A DNA stretch of 64,000 nucleotides from Diplonema japonicum. Taxonomy: Eukaryota; Protista; Euglenozoa: Diplonemea. Under the pieces are notes generated by a model that did no database searches, was not told the origin of the DNA, and worked only from the letters and a program-made list of their open reading frames with translations. Shown piece after piece: positions 1 through 10,387 of this stretch. How positions within the stretch are numbered: the first letter of the stretch is position 1; each line of letters opens with the position of its first letter. The stretch is from positions 186,001 through 250,000 of the forward strand of contig OZ025674.1 in the NCBI GenBank assembly GCA_964019335.1, read 5' to 3'. The translations under genes and the position numbers were made by a program.

Positions 1-47
1 AGAGAAAAAAAAGAGAAAACAAAAAAAGCATTAAAAAAAATACATGA

Positions 48-671
48 ATGCCTCCAGGTAGGTTCGGGGCAGTCCACGCTGCATTGGCAGGGACGAGGGA
101 GAAGAACATACAGCGATGCCAGCAGAGGCAAGAGGCCGCTAAAAAGCGGAAACAACGAGAAGACGAGCTAAGAAAGAGGAAAGAGAAGAGCGTAAAGAAA
201 GTAATGGACACCTACGACCTCAACAAGTCAGGCAAGCTGGAGAAGGAACAGCTCAAGGCAGTCATCAGCAGGCTTAACAACGAAGAGGTGGACGACCGTG
301 AAGTGGCATGGCTGTTGGCAACATGTGACACAGACAACGATGGCGGTATTGACAAAGAAGAGCTCTTCACAGCCTTATCGTGGTGGGAGCACTACCAGTA
401 TTCAAAGCCGCAGCTCCAACAACTTCTTGGAAGCTACGACCTCAACAACACCGGGAGGCTAGAACTCGAGGACCTCAGGAAGGTGCTCATCCACCTCAAC
501 GACAACCAGCATGTGGGGAGGAGCGAAGCTGAGAAAATATTAGAGATGTGCGATGCCTCTGCAGACGGTGGCCTTCAAGCAAACGAGCTGATGTATGCAA
601 TATCTGTGTGGTACGCTTCGCATGATGATTTGTCGCGGGTGGAGCTAGCCTCCGTGCCGGTGTGTGGTTTT

Positions 672-708
<37 letters not shown>

Positions 709-846
709 AATCAGAGCCCTCCTAAGCTTTCTGCCGTAACTGAGGCACGTAGGGCATCTGATCAGTCAGCCCGGGAATCACGACCTTCCGTGCACCATAA
801 TCAGAAATCTAAAGGGTGTTGTGCGTGCGACTGTGTCGTTTCATAG
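48..846 (+). CDS. EF-hand Ca2+-binding protein (4 EF-hands) with C-terminal CaaX box; 2 exons (48-659, 715-846), ~247 aa
   Basis: EF loops DLNKSGKLEKEQ, DTDNDGGIDKEE, DLNNTGRLELED, DASADGGLQANE. Phase-0 intron 660-714 (GTGTGT...poly(A)...CTAATCAG) joins to a tail ending GCCACDCVVS*. Confidence 0.85.
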
Positions 847-1936
847 TAGAAAAAAAAGGGAGAGGGGGGGAATGGGGTTTTTTTTTTGTTTTAATTTTTT
901 AGAAGGGTTTTTTTTGTACTGGGAGTGGGGGGGGGGGTCTTTTTTCGAATTAGCTCGTCCAAAAAAAAAAAAAAAAACGTAAAAAAAAATTTTTTTTTCT
1001 TTTGAACATAGCAAACTGTGAACGACGCGCACGCTGACCCATCTTGCTCAAGCTTTAGATTGTCAGTCGGACTTCGAAAAACCTTCCGGATCTTTGACAA
1101 AAAAGATTTTTTTTTCCCCCGGTCGAGCTCAAATCTTAAAAGGAAATATGTTTTCTTCTTTTTTTCTTTTTCCCTCATTCTATGCTCTTTTTTTGTCCCC
1201 CTCCCCGTCCATAGTTTCCCAACATTACTGATATCATTTATGCTTTTTTGAAAGAAAAAAAAAAAGGAATGCCAAAAAAAAAAAGAAAGAAAAGAAAGAA
1301 AAAAAAAAGGACCCTTTCGGGATTGACCTCTGCAGTATTTTAGTTTCTTCTATTCATTCCCTCTCTTTTTTTTCTTTTCTTTTTTTTTTCTTTACGTTTC
1401 TCTATTTGTGTCATGATAAGAAGAAGGAAAAAAAAAAGTTTGGGGAAAACCGCCTACCGCATATAGAAAGAGAAAAAAAGAAAAGTTGTAAGTTGAAGGG
1501 TGACGGTGTCACAAAAAAGAATTTAAAAAAAAAATTGTGTCAACCGCCAAAAAATAAATAAAATAAATCACGTTTCATATCTCTTATATGTTGTAGAAAA
1601 CGATGCAGGTTCCCTTCAATGACATCCCCCTCCCTCCTTATTTCTCGGCGAAATATCAATATCACGGAGCTGTCAAGGTACGTGTCTCGGCAGAAAGAAA
1701 TTCTTGTAAACTTTAACAGATATGCGATGTGATATTATTTTTTTTTCCCCCTCTTTTTTTTTAAAAAGAAGTCTCCCCCCACACTCCCCGCCCGCCCACC
1801 TCCTTTTCTTTCCTTTAGTTTAGTCCCCATCTTTCCTAATCTCACACTCTGTTTTGATCCCCCACCCTATCACAACTCTTGCTAAACAAAAAAAAAAAAG
1901 AAAAACAAAAAAACAGTTAAAGAAAGGGTCCCAAAG

Positions 1937-4381
1937 ATGAAGGTGTCTAATGAACTCGACGAGATGTGGCACAGTATGGAAAAAAAGAAATATGGGGGGG
2001 GGTAATACAAAACCAACACCTGTAGATGTGAGGGACGACAAGACGACGGCGAACTGGATCATCTGCGGGATCTCGAAGGATGCGAAGGAGGCGGTGCTGC
2101 ACGGTGCGGGCAAGGACGGGCTTGACGCGTTTGTGAGCAACCTGGATGATGAGAAAGTGCTGTTTGGTGGCCTTCGCTGCAGGGCGGTCGACGACAGGGG
2201 CAGCACCAAGAGTGTCAGGGCGAAGTTCATCTTCGTGTCATGGCTGGGGCCCAAGGTCAGCGCAGTGCAGCGTGCCAGGGCCGGCACCTTGAGGTGCGAG
2301 TTCAACCGCCTGTTCGACGGCTGCCACATCGCCATTCAAACCTCCGACAAGGAGGACCTTGACCCCAAGGAGCTCGTCACCAAGCTCCAGTCCTCCACAG
2401 GTGCCCACAAGCCCACCGGCTACGAGTTTGAAGGAAACGAACAGCAAACCGGTCTCACAGACGCCAAGACAGAAACCCCCCAAAAAGAGGCCCCCAAGAA
2501 GGAGGAGCCAAAGAAGGAGGCCCCAAAGAAAGAGGAGCCAAAGAAAGAGGCCCCTAAGAAGGAAGAGCCAAAGAAGGAAGAGCCAAAGAAGGAAGCTCCC
2601 AAGAAGGAAGAACCCAAGAAAGAAGCCCCCAAGAAGGAGGAGCCCAAAGCAAGCGCGCCCGCCGCCTCCACAGGAGGGAACCCTAGCGATGTGTGGGAGG
2701 AGATCAAGGACGGCGGGGACCCCACCAACTGGCTGATCCTCACCTACGACGGGAAGGACCCCAAGACCATGACACTTGCGAAGAAGAACACCACCGGGCT
2801 CGAGGACTTCAAGGCGCAGCTGGAGGACGACAAGGTGATGTTCGCAGGGTTCAGGTGCAAGGCGATCGACGACAGGGGGACCGTCAAGTCCGTGCGTAAC
2901 AAGTTCATCTTCTTCGCGTGGGTGGGGCCCAACGTGAAGCCCATGCAGCGTGCCAAGGTGTCGACTCACAAGTGCATCTTCGAGAAGGTGATTTCGGGCA
3001 CACACATCCAGATCCAGACCAGCGACAAGGACGACATCAACGAAAAGGATCTCACTGCCACACTGCAGTCATCCACTGGCGCACATAAGCCCAACGGGTA
3101 CGACTTCAGCGGTACCACCGATGTCCCCTCCGACTCCGTGGCGAAGGCAGAGGAGACTGAGAAAGCTGATGAGGCCAAGAAAGCAGAGGAGGCTAAGAAG
3201 GCTGAGGAGGCCAAGAAGGCTGAGGAGGCCAAGAAGGCTGAGGAGGCCAAGAAGGCTGAGGAGGCCAAGGAAGCCGAAGCCAAGAAGGAAGCAAAGGCCA
3301 AGGCTGAGGAGGCCAAGAAAGCCGAGGAGAAGAAGGAGGCGGAAAAGCCCAAGGCAGGCCCTCCTCCTCCTGCAGGTGGCGCTCCCCCCCCTCCCCCTCC
3401 CCCTCCCCCGGTTGAGTTCTTCGAGAAGCTTGCCAAGAACAAGGTATCCACCCCACCCCCCACCACGTCGTATCACAACCACAGCCCTCCGAGGAGGACG
3501 CCAAAGCAAGGGCGGCCCTCTTCGCCGACATCGCAAAGGGTATGCTGCATAGTGACACTCAATAGAAACTGAAAATAAAAAAAGGTACCGACATCACAAA
3601 GGGGTTGAAGAAGGTGTCTGACTCTGAGAAGCGACACAAAAACAGAGAAGAGAAGGTGTCTGACAACAAAACAAAACAAAACAAAACAAAACAAAACAAA
3701 ACAAAAACAAAAAAAAAACAGGAAATCGGTAAGGTAACCGACTTCTCTGAGCTGGAGAGGAAGAAGGCCGAGAGGCAGGCGGAGCTGGAGAAGAAGAGGG
3801 CGGCCACGGGGGAGAAAAAGGTGGCGAAGGACCCGAAGCTCGCGCTGGAGGGGAAGCAGTGGAAGGTAGAGAACCAAATGGGGACGAGGATGGAGAAGAA
3901 GCATGACGTCCTCGATGACGTGAACATGTCGCAGTCCGTCGTTCTTAGCGACTGCGAGAACTACCTCCTGGAGATCACAGGCAAGATCAACATGGTCATC
4001 ATCAATGACTGCAAAAACACTGGCGTCATCATGAAGGGGAATGTTGTGTCTGGGTGTGAATTGTCAAAGGGGAACAAGATCGAGGTTCAAGCCTGTGGGA
4101 CGCTCCCCTCCTTCATCATTGACAGATGCAGTGAGGTCATGCTCTACACCTCAGAGGACTCCCGTGAGGTGGAGATCACTAGCTGCGCTTCGACGTGTGT
4201 TAATGTTACATTTGTGGATGAGAAGGTATTTCAAAAAAAAAAAAGGGAGGGTAGAACTTTGATACAGGGTGGTGATGCTGACCCTATCGAAAAACCCCTT
4301 CCTGAACAATTTGTCACGACCTTCAAAATGGTTGATGGTGTGCCCAAGCTGCAGACAGTCCCCATGGAGCACGCAGGGTAA
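1937..4381 (+). CDS. CAP: Adenylyl-cyclase-associated protein (CAP/Srv2)-like: 2x coactosin-type ADF-H + polyproline + WH2 + CARP; 6 exons, ~732 aa
   Basis: Exons 1937-1973, 2026-3443, 3485-3539, 3585-3655, 3722-4225, 4268-4381 (sum 2199 nt, in frame). Splicing restores MKVSNELDEMWHNVRDDKTTANW (coactosin-like start) and the CAP WH2 motif RAALFADIAKGTDITKGLKKVSDSEKRHKN. CARP domain: LEGKQWKVENQ...GKINMVIINDCK...EKPLPEQFVT...EHAG*. Two ADF-H repeats with R.KFIF..W.GP.V...QRA. Confidence 0.9.
2480..2650 (+). repeat. Coding tandem repeat (KKEAP/KKEEP)n, 15-nt unit
   Basis: About 11 pentapeptide units form the linker between the two ADF-H domains. Confidence 0.9.
3165..3330 (+). repeat. Coding tandem repeat (AEEAKK)n, 18-nt unit gctgaggaggccaagaag
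   Basis: Direct reading; a charged single-alpha-helix-like linker before the polyproline tract. Confidence 0.9.
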
Positions 4382-5115
4382 AAAAAGAAAAAAAAAAAGA
4401 AAAAAAAAAAAACCGTTTTCCACATTTTTTTTTTCTCCTCCGTTTGTTATTATAGTAAAAAAAAAAAAAAAAAAAAAAAAAATCTTTTTTTTTTTCCTTT
4501 CCTCATTTTTTTTTCTTTCCCTTGTTTTATTTCTTTCTGAGGTACCCCCCCCCCCTTTCCTTTTCCTCTTCGTGCAATTCTTTTTTTTCTTTTTTTTTTC
4601 GAAGGGGAAAAAAAAAAGAAGAAAAAAAAAAACGGAAAGGAGGGGAAAAATACTTTGTGATTTACCCGAGTATGTGCCCCCCCCTTTTTTTTTGCTACCC
4701 TGTCCCTACTCGTAGGGTTGGAGGATCGTGTTTTGAGTGTTTTTTTAAAAAACAAAAAAAAGTGCTATTTTTTTTCTTTTGCCCACGGAAAGAAAGGGGG
4801 AAAAAAGAGAGAAGGGAGGTGGGGGGTGGAGTTTTAAAAAAATAAAATTTAAAAAAGGGGGGGGGGTGAAAGGGAGAGAGCAGGTATTTAAGCACACAAT
4901 AATTTTTTAAAAAAAAAAAGGTAGTTTCTCTCCCCCCCCTTCCGGAAAAAGAATTGCGACAGCCCTTCACATTCACCCCCTTCTTTTCATTTTTTTCTTT
5001 CTTTCTGTTTTTTTTTCTTCTTCTTTTCTCTCTCTCCGTTGCGTCCCCAAAGAAAAAAAAACCCCCCCTCGTTTGAAAAAGAAAAGAGAAAAAAAAAAAA
5101 AAAGAATACATACGC

Positions 5116-5149
<34 letters not shown>

Positions 5150-5438
5150 GGTTTCCCCTTTTTCTATTTGAAAAAAAAACATAGCCTGCACGTTATACCG
5201 ATACCAATCGGGTATTTTAATCGGTTCGGGTATTTAAATAGTGCAAAATTGGCCTGGGCACGCCGAGGTCGTCTATACCCCCGCAGATGTCGAGATGGGG
5301 TCCAGAAACACGAAATATGATTTTTGGAGACCATGAACATGGGTAACTTAACATCCGAAGCCCACCCCAATTTCGGTGAATTTTGGGTGCGTTATTTTAT
5401 GTTATTTTACGTTATTTTAATCGGTGAAAATTTGGAGA

Positions 5439-5590
5439 ATGAGAAGACGCTGTTTCAAGAATGCAACAGGGAGGGATAGAGACTAAGAGGGAGCTAGAGA
5501 GGTACTTGTGGGTGTTTGGAAGGCATGGCTACCCCCAGAAAGTACTTAGAAGAGATTCCCGAGTCAGTGGGACTCCAGACGATGCATGAG
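5439..5590 (+). pseudogene. Fragment of a Penelope-like retroelement RT C-terminal (thumb) region, nested in the hAT-like element
   Basis: Reads RRCFKNAT, then after a frameshift ETKRELERYLWVFGRHGYPQKVLRR. This matches the PLE motif R...xS....E...L...F...GYP...l. No intact ORF. Confidence 0.55.
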
Positions 5591-6078
5591 ATGCATGAGG
5601 GGACAGAGCTTTGTCCGCTGCATCGTAAGCAGAGGGTAAAAGCCTGTTCTTACAACACGAGCAGTCCGTGGTGGCAGGAACGTCTGGAGACAAGGACCCT
5701 CTTTAGTGCTGGTGCGGATATTCCAGAGAAAACTAACGAATGCACGAGGATTATTTTCCAGAAAAGTTAGTTTCCCCCTTTTTTAGGGGATCGATGTTTC
5801 CGACTTCCCAGTGGTGGTTCCTGGGTCGTTCTGAAGCCGCACACGTGGGGAAACCTTGACGGGGGTGGAGGCCCACCCTACGCTTAGCATCGCCCTCAAT
5901 GGAGAGTCCCTTATCCCAATAAAAATAGAACAAGGAGGTGGTTTACCAGGTGGCAAGTAGCCTCTCCGCGGCCTTGTGCCAGTGAAGCAAGCCTCCCACA
6001 ACTCCCCAGTTGGTGTTTAATTGCTTCTGTAGCTCCTCCCTTTTTGAAAAACCTTCTTTACCTCTCCGCTTTTACTTA

Positions 6079-6175
6079 CTACGGGACCACAGGGGACTAG
6101 GCTTCGGGGCGAAGTTTCACAAGGGTGGCCGCTGTGTCACATACCGCATGGCACTAAAATTGAGACTACCTTTTT
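6079..6175. repeat. ~100-bp dispersed repeat, copy 1 (SINE- or small-RNA-like)
   Basis: ctacgggaccacaggggact...gcttcggggcgaagtttcacaaggg...gctgtgtcacata...catggcac...taaaat.gagac.ac(T)n, nearly identical to 39700-39806. Confidence 0.85.
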
Positions 6176-6829
6176 ACCAGTTTCCCTCCCTTCATGTTTA
6201 AATTTTAACTAGGAGCGACATCAAAAGTCAATAAAATTAAAATGGGAGGCGAGCATTGAAACTGTACTCATTACAACCCTTCTATTCGTCTCCCGGGGGC
6301 CCCTGATACACAAAGCCGACCCACTAGAGTATCGAAACGACATAGAACAGGATTATTTTCCCGAAAGCTGTTGAACACATTCTTTCTGGACGGATTCATA
6401 TCATACATGGGTTTTTTTTTTTGCCTGAAATATGGGTAGAGAATCGGCCCTGACCCAATGTTGATTACAAGTCCGAAAACCCAATTTTCTCAAAACTGCA
6501 TTTAAAGCCTTAAATAGGGCTCTATTTTGGGTTTTGGAGGTCGGAATGGGCTCAGATCGTCAAATAGAGTTTTTGAAAAAAAAAAATTGAAAATGGTCTT
6601 GGTAAAAATATTGGCAACATCGATCATCCATTGAATAAAATAACGTTATTTTAATATTTCACCGATTAAAATAACGTTATTTAATTCGATATCGTTAAAA
6701 TAACGGGTACGTAACAAGATTATGGGCCCTTTTTTTTTTGCGTTATGGTATTTGATACCGGGTATTTTAAAATATCAATTTGATAACGTTATGCTTGCGT
6801 TATAACGTGCAGGCTATGAAAAAAAAAGA

Positions 6830-6860
<31 letters not shown>

Positions 6861-6876
6861 CGGGAGAAAAAAAAAA

Positions 6877-8064
6877 ATGACAATCCATGACAGTGAAGGA
6901 AAGGTGGTAAAGGATCTTCGGTATGAGGAAACGCCTGATTGGTGCGTTTTACAATGTGAAGAGAAGGGTAAGGGTTTGTTCACTGCAAGGTCGTTTAAAC
7001 CGGGGGAGGAGGTTATCAAGGAGAATCCCGCAGTGGTGGTGGACAACGATTCGAGGGTCGCCGAGAGCAAACTCGAAAAAAAACTGACGAAAAACGAAAA
7101 AGAAACCCTCAAAACCCTCCAAAACAGAGGCGAAGGCTTAATGGGAATATTCAACACAAACTGCTTCACCTCTAACGACACCTGCTTCATATACCGAATC
7201 ATCTCTAGAGTCAACCACAGCTGCCACCCCAACTGCTTCATCGACATCAACGAAACCACCGGAAGTGCCACATTAAAAACGTTTTTAGACATCTCCACAA
7301 ACACGGAACTCACCATTTCCTACAACAGGGAGTCCCATGGTATGAGCAGGAAGCTTCGTTGCGAAACACTGAAAAACACGAAAAAATTCACGTGTAAATG
7401 CAAATTATGCACAACAGACACCCCTGACCCAGCATTAGGCGGCGTACCGTCTGAAAAAGAAACCCAAGAACTTCAAATATTTATTTTATCGCATTCGGAA
7501 AATAGCCCTGTTCAGCGATCGCTTGAAGAATTCATTGCTGGCATCCATGTGGTTGGTGAGCTGCTATCTTATCAACACTGGGGGTGCCTACACATCGGAA
7601 TGGTGTTGCTGAAGAACAGTATTGCTGCGGTGGAGTCCTGTACAGAGGAAGGTGATACTAAAGGCGAGGAAAGATGGACGATAATTCTTTTAAAGCTGCT
7701 GACGTTCTGCGTGAACAGGAGCAAGGCCATCGTCCCGAAGACGCTGTCCTCGTCGTTCGTGCAGATTTTCTTCTCGGCTGCTTCGCAGCTACTTCTTACC
7801 CCCTCGCCGCCCCTTCCTGTCATAATTCTGACGTTCTCTTTCATCCAGCCTTTCCATGAGCTCTACTACACCCCTGAGGATCCCGACTCCACCATGATCG
7901 CGGCGGTTCTTAACGAGTACGGCACCGGTGTGAGAGTAGCTGGGATGGGCCTGCAGGATGACCTCGTCTCCAACAAGGACTTCCTCCGTCTTGGGATCAA
8001 TGATGAGGCAAACAGTGCCATCCAACGCCACACTGAGCGTCTTGTGAAAAAAATGCGGAAGTAG
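6877..8064 (+). CDS. SET-domain (SMYD-like) lysine methyltransferase, 395 aa
   Basis: KGKGLFTARSFKPGEEVIKE, SRVNHSCHPNC, ELTISY, post-SET FTCKCKLC. Confidence 0.9.
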   Translation: MTIHDSEGKVVKDLRYEETPDWCVLQCEEKGKGLFTARSFKPGEEVIKENPAVVVDNDSRVAESKLEKKLTKNEKETLKTLQNRGEGLMGIFNTNCFTSNDTCFIYRIISRVNHSCHPNCFIDINETTGSATLKTFLDISTNTELTISYNRESHGMSRKLRCETLKNTKKFTCKCKLCTTDTPDPALGGVPSEKETQELQIFILSHSENSPVQRSLEEFIAGIHVVGELLSYQHWGCLHIGMVLLKNSIAAVESCTEEGDTKGEERWTIILLKLLTFCVNRSKAIVPKTLSSSFVQIFFSAASQLLLTPSPPLPVIILTFSFIQPFHELYYTPEDPDSTMIAAVLNEYGTGVRVAGMGLQDDLVSNKDFLRLGINDEANSAIQRHTERLVKKMRK

Positions 8065-8282
8065 ATTTTTTTTCTTTTCTTTTCTTTTTTTTTTCGATTT
8101 TTTTTCTTCTAGATTCCCCCCCCCCCCCCCCCCCTCTACCCCATTTTTTTTTCCCTCATACCACTTTTTTTTTTTAGTTGCCCCGACACATTAAAAAAAA
8201 AAATCCACAAAAAGTAAGGAGGGGGAGGAGGGGGAGAAAGGAAAAAAAAAGGGTGGGGGGTGGGGGGGGGGGGGGGGAAAGA

Positions 8283-9302
8283 ATGGCACAAGGATGCATG
8301 AAGCAGGACCCGTTCGCAACGCTGATGCTGAACGGCGTCCAGATTATAAAGTGCACGCTCCCAGAAGACTTCGGTGAGGAACCCGAGATTACAACACACG
8401 TAAGCGACAGCCTGAAGGAAGTGCTGGGCTCCGCGGGTCTCGCTTTGAACACAGTACTACTGTCTCCGAACGTGGTACCAAAAGAAAATGTACAGTGGAG
8501 GGGCACACTTTTAATAGATGACGTGACAGTTCTAGACTTGGGGTGCTTGAGAACAAGGCGGCAGAGTGTGTCGGTAACAGAACTGCTTCCGTCGTTTCCG
8601 GAAAAACTATCTCTAAAAATGACTTGCGATGTGATAGACCCGAACAAGCGGATCGCTACCTCGTCTGAAACATTGTTGATTCAGAAGATAAAGCAGGTTT
8701 TAGAAGACGATGAAATAAACCCTAGACGAGGCGCGCTGCCCTCCAGGGTGGTAGAAACCAAAGCTAAAGAACACCCAGCATACCCTAAGGTCATCGGTGT
8801 CATCGAACCTACATGGTCGGACTTTATCAAACGCCATCGGGCCATTTTTAATGTTTTTCAGTACAGTGAACAGGAAATTAAAGATCGGAAGATGGGTGCG
8901 ATTGGTATGATTGACGAAATGCGAATAGTGTTGAGACCTCAGGAGCGGATCCAGCTTTCTGAGCAAGAGACAGAGGTCGAGACCAGGCTGACGGGGTTTC
9001 TCAAACAACTTCTCAGCGAAGGAGATCTAGAGTATCACGAGATCTTGATTCGGATTTCGTGCGATCCTGAATTTGTTTTCTATCTCGCTCCCTCGTTCTC
9101 CCTCCTGATGCGGTTTTTAAACCGTCACAGAGATATCTTCTCTTGGACAACTGATCCTGGGTGTCCAACCAGAGTGTCCATGGCAACCCCTAGCAACCAA
9201 AAGTCCCCTCGGCCTCGAAAGGTTAAGGCGAAAAATGCCGACAGAGCCCAGCAGCAACAACAGCCTCCTCATGGATCTTTCAATAATTGGTCTTACCCTT
9301 GA
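8283..9302 (+). CDS. Hypothetical protein, ~339 aa, with two possible winged-helix-like repeats
   Basis: Clean ORF after a G/A homopolymer leader. Internal similarity WSDFIKRHRAIF / LMRFLNRHRDIF. Confidence 0.75.
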   Translation: MAQGCMKQDPFATLMLNGVQIIKCTLPEDFGEEPEITTHVSDSLKEVLGSAGLALNTVLLSPNVVPKENVQWRGTLLIDDVTVLDLGCLRTRRQSVSVTELLPSFPEKLSLKMTCDVIDPNKRIATSSETLLIQKIKQVLEDDEINPRRGALPSRVVETKAKEHPAYPKVIGVIEPTWSDFIKRHRAIFNVFQYSEQEIKDRKMGAIGMIDEMRIVLRPQERIQLSEQETEVETRLTGFLKQLLSEGDLEYHEILIRISCDPEFVFYLAPSFSLLMRFLNRHRDIFSWTTDPGCPTRVSMATPSNQKSPRPRKVKAKNADRAQQQQQPPHGSFNNWSYP

Positions 9303-9370
9303 AATTGATAGGGGGGTTTTTTTTTTGTTTTTGTTTTCCATGACTGAGATCATGGTATATTTGTATCATG

Positions 9371-9420
<50 letters not shown>

Positions 9421-10387
9421 TCCCGGACCAACCAAGGATCGTAGAAGATTTTTTTTTTTGTTTTGTTTTCAAGACAAGAAAAAAAAAGAGAAGAGAAGAA
9501 AAAAAGAAGAAGAAGAAGAAGGAGGCCATCGTTCAAAGTCCTATCCCCCTCTCCCTCCCATCCCCAAGCACTATTTAGTTATGTATCAGTCTTTTTTTCT
9601 TCTTCTTTTTTTTTTTTCCCTTCCCTCCCTTGGTCAATAAAAGTTTTGCGGTGCAAAAACAATTTTTCATCCCCCCTCTTCATCACTTATTGCTACACAA
9701 CTCACCTAAATCCCCAGTCACGGGAACCTCGTCGAGGTGCAAAGAACTGGTGCTAGCTAGTTTTTTTTTTTCTCTTTTTTTTTTTTCTCCTAATAAAAAA
9801 AGAGAAAAAAAAACAAAAAAAAAAAAAAAAGAAAACCAACAAAGAACCCCTACTTAAGCTTCAATCCCGAGAAGAAAAAAGAAAACTAGAATTGAAAGTG
9901 TTAGTGATACAAGGGAGGGGGGCCGGTAGTGTGTCGTGGGTAGGGGATAATTAAAAAAAAATGGGGTTAAAGCAAAAAAAAGAGGGATATGTCACTGTGG
10001 GGGGGCTATCCCCTCCCCCCTTTTCTTTGCAAAACAAAAAAAAGAAAATGCGGTTCCTTGACTTCAAGCCGGGGGTACTTGATCGGTTTCTTTTCTTCTT
10101 AAAAGATTTGCTCGGTTGTTACTTTGAGGGAGATGGTCTTCTTTGAGGACTTTTTTTTATTTTTTATTTTTTTTTTACTCCGCACGAAACTTGGAAGGGC
10201 AAGGGGGGGAACCAAATTGAAGCTTGTTGGCCGAATTATTTCTTTTTTTTTTTTCTTTCTCTCCGCATCACCCCCCAAACCCCTGCTGTCGCTTTTTCTG
10301 TTTTCTCTTTTTTTTTTTTTTTTTTCTCCCCTCCCTTTTATGCACCACCAAAAAGAAGAGGGGGGAATCACCATAAAAAAAATAAAA

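Larger units (their letters stand above)
5180..6818. mobile_element. Non-autonomous DNA transposon, hAT-like, 1,639 bp
   Basis: Perfect 18-bp TIRs CATAGCCTGCACGTTATA (5180-5197) and TATAACGTGCAGGCTATG (6801-6818). A9 on both flanks, compatible with an 8-9-bp TSD. Second 20-bp internal inverted repeat (5410-5429 / 6657-6676). Repeated subterminal GTTATTTTA and CGGGTATTT motifs. A related copy lies at 52497. Confidence 0.85.

Noticed and set aside
1561-1740. Weak ~22-bp inverted termini (AAATAAATCACGTTTCATATCT / AGATATGCGATGTGATATTATTT)
   Set aside because: Several mismatches, AT-rich, no TSD or second copy; it may be an old MITE but is not supportable.
1950-2025. N-terminus MNSTRC.../MGGGNTKP (possible myristoylation) of the ADF-H ORF
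   Set aside because: Overlaps intron 1974-2025; the exon from ATG 1937 gives a better coactosin-like start.
4269-5191. Many poly-Lys/poly-Phe ORFs here and in other spacers (e.g. 9235-10374, 36183-38070, 42131-45706)
   Set aside because: Products of A/T homopolymer tracts, mostly with non-ATG starts and no motifs.
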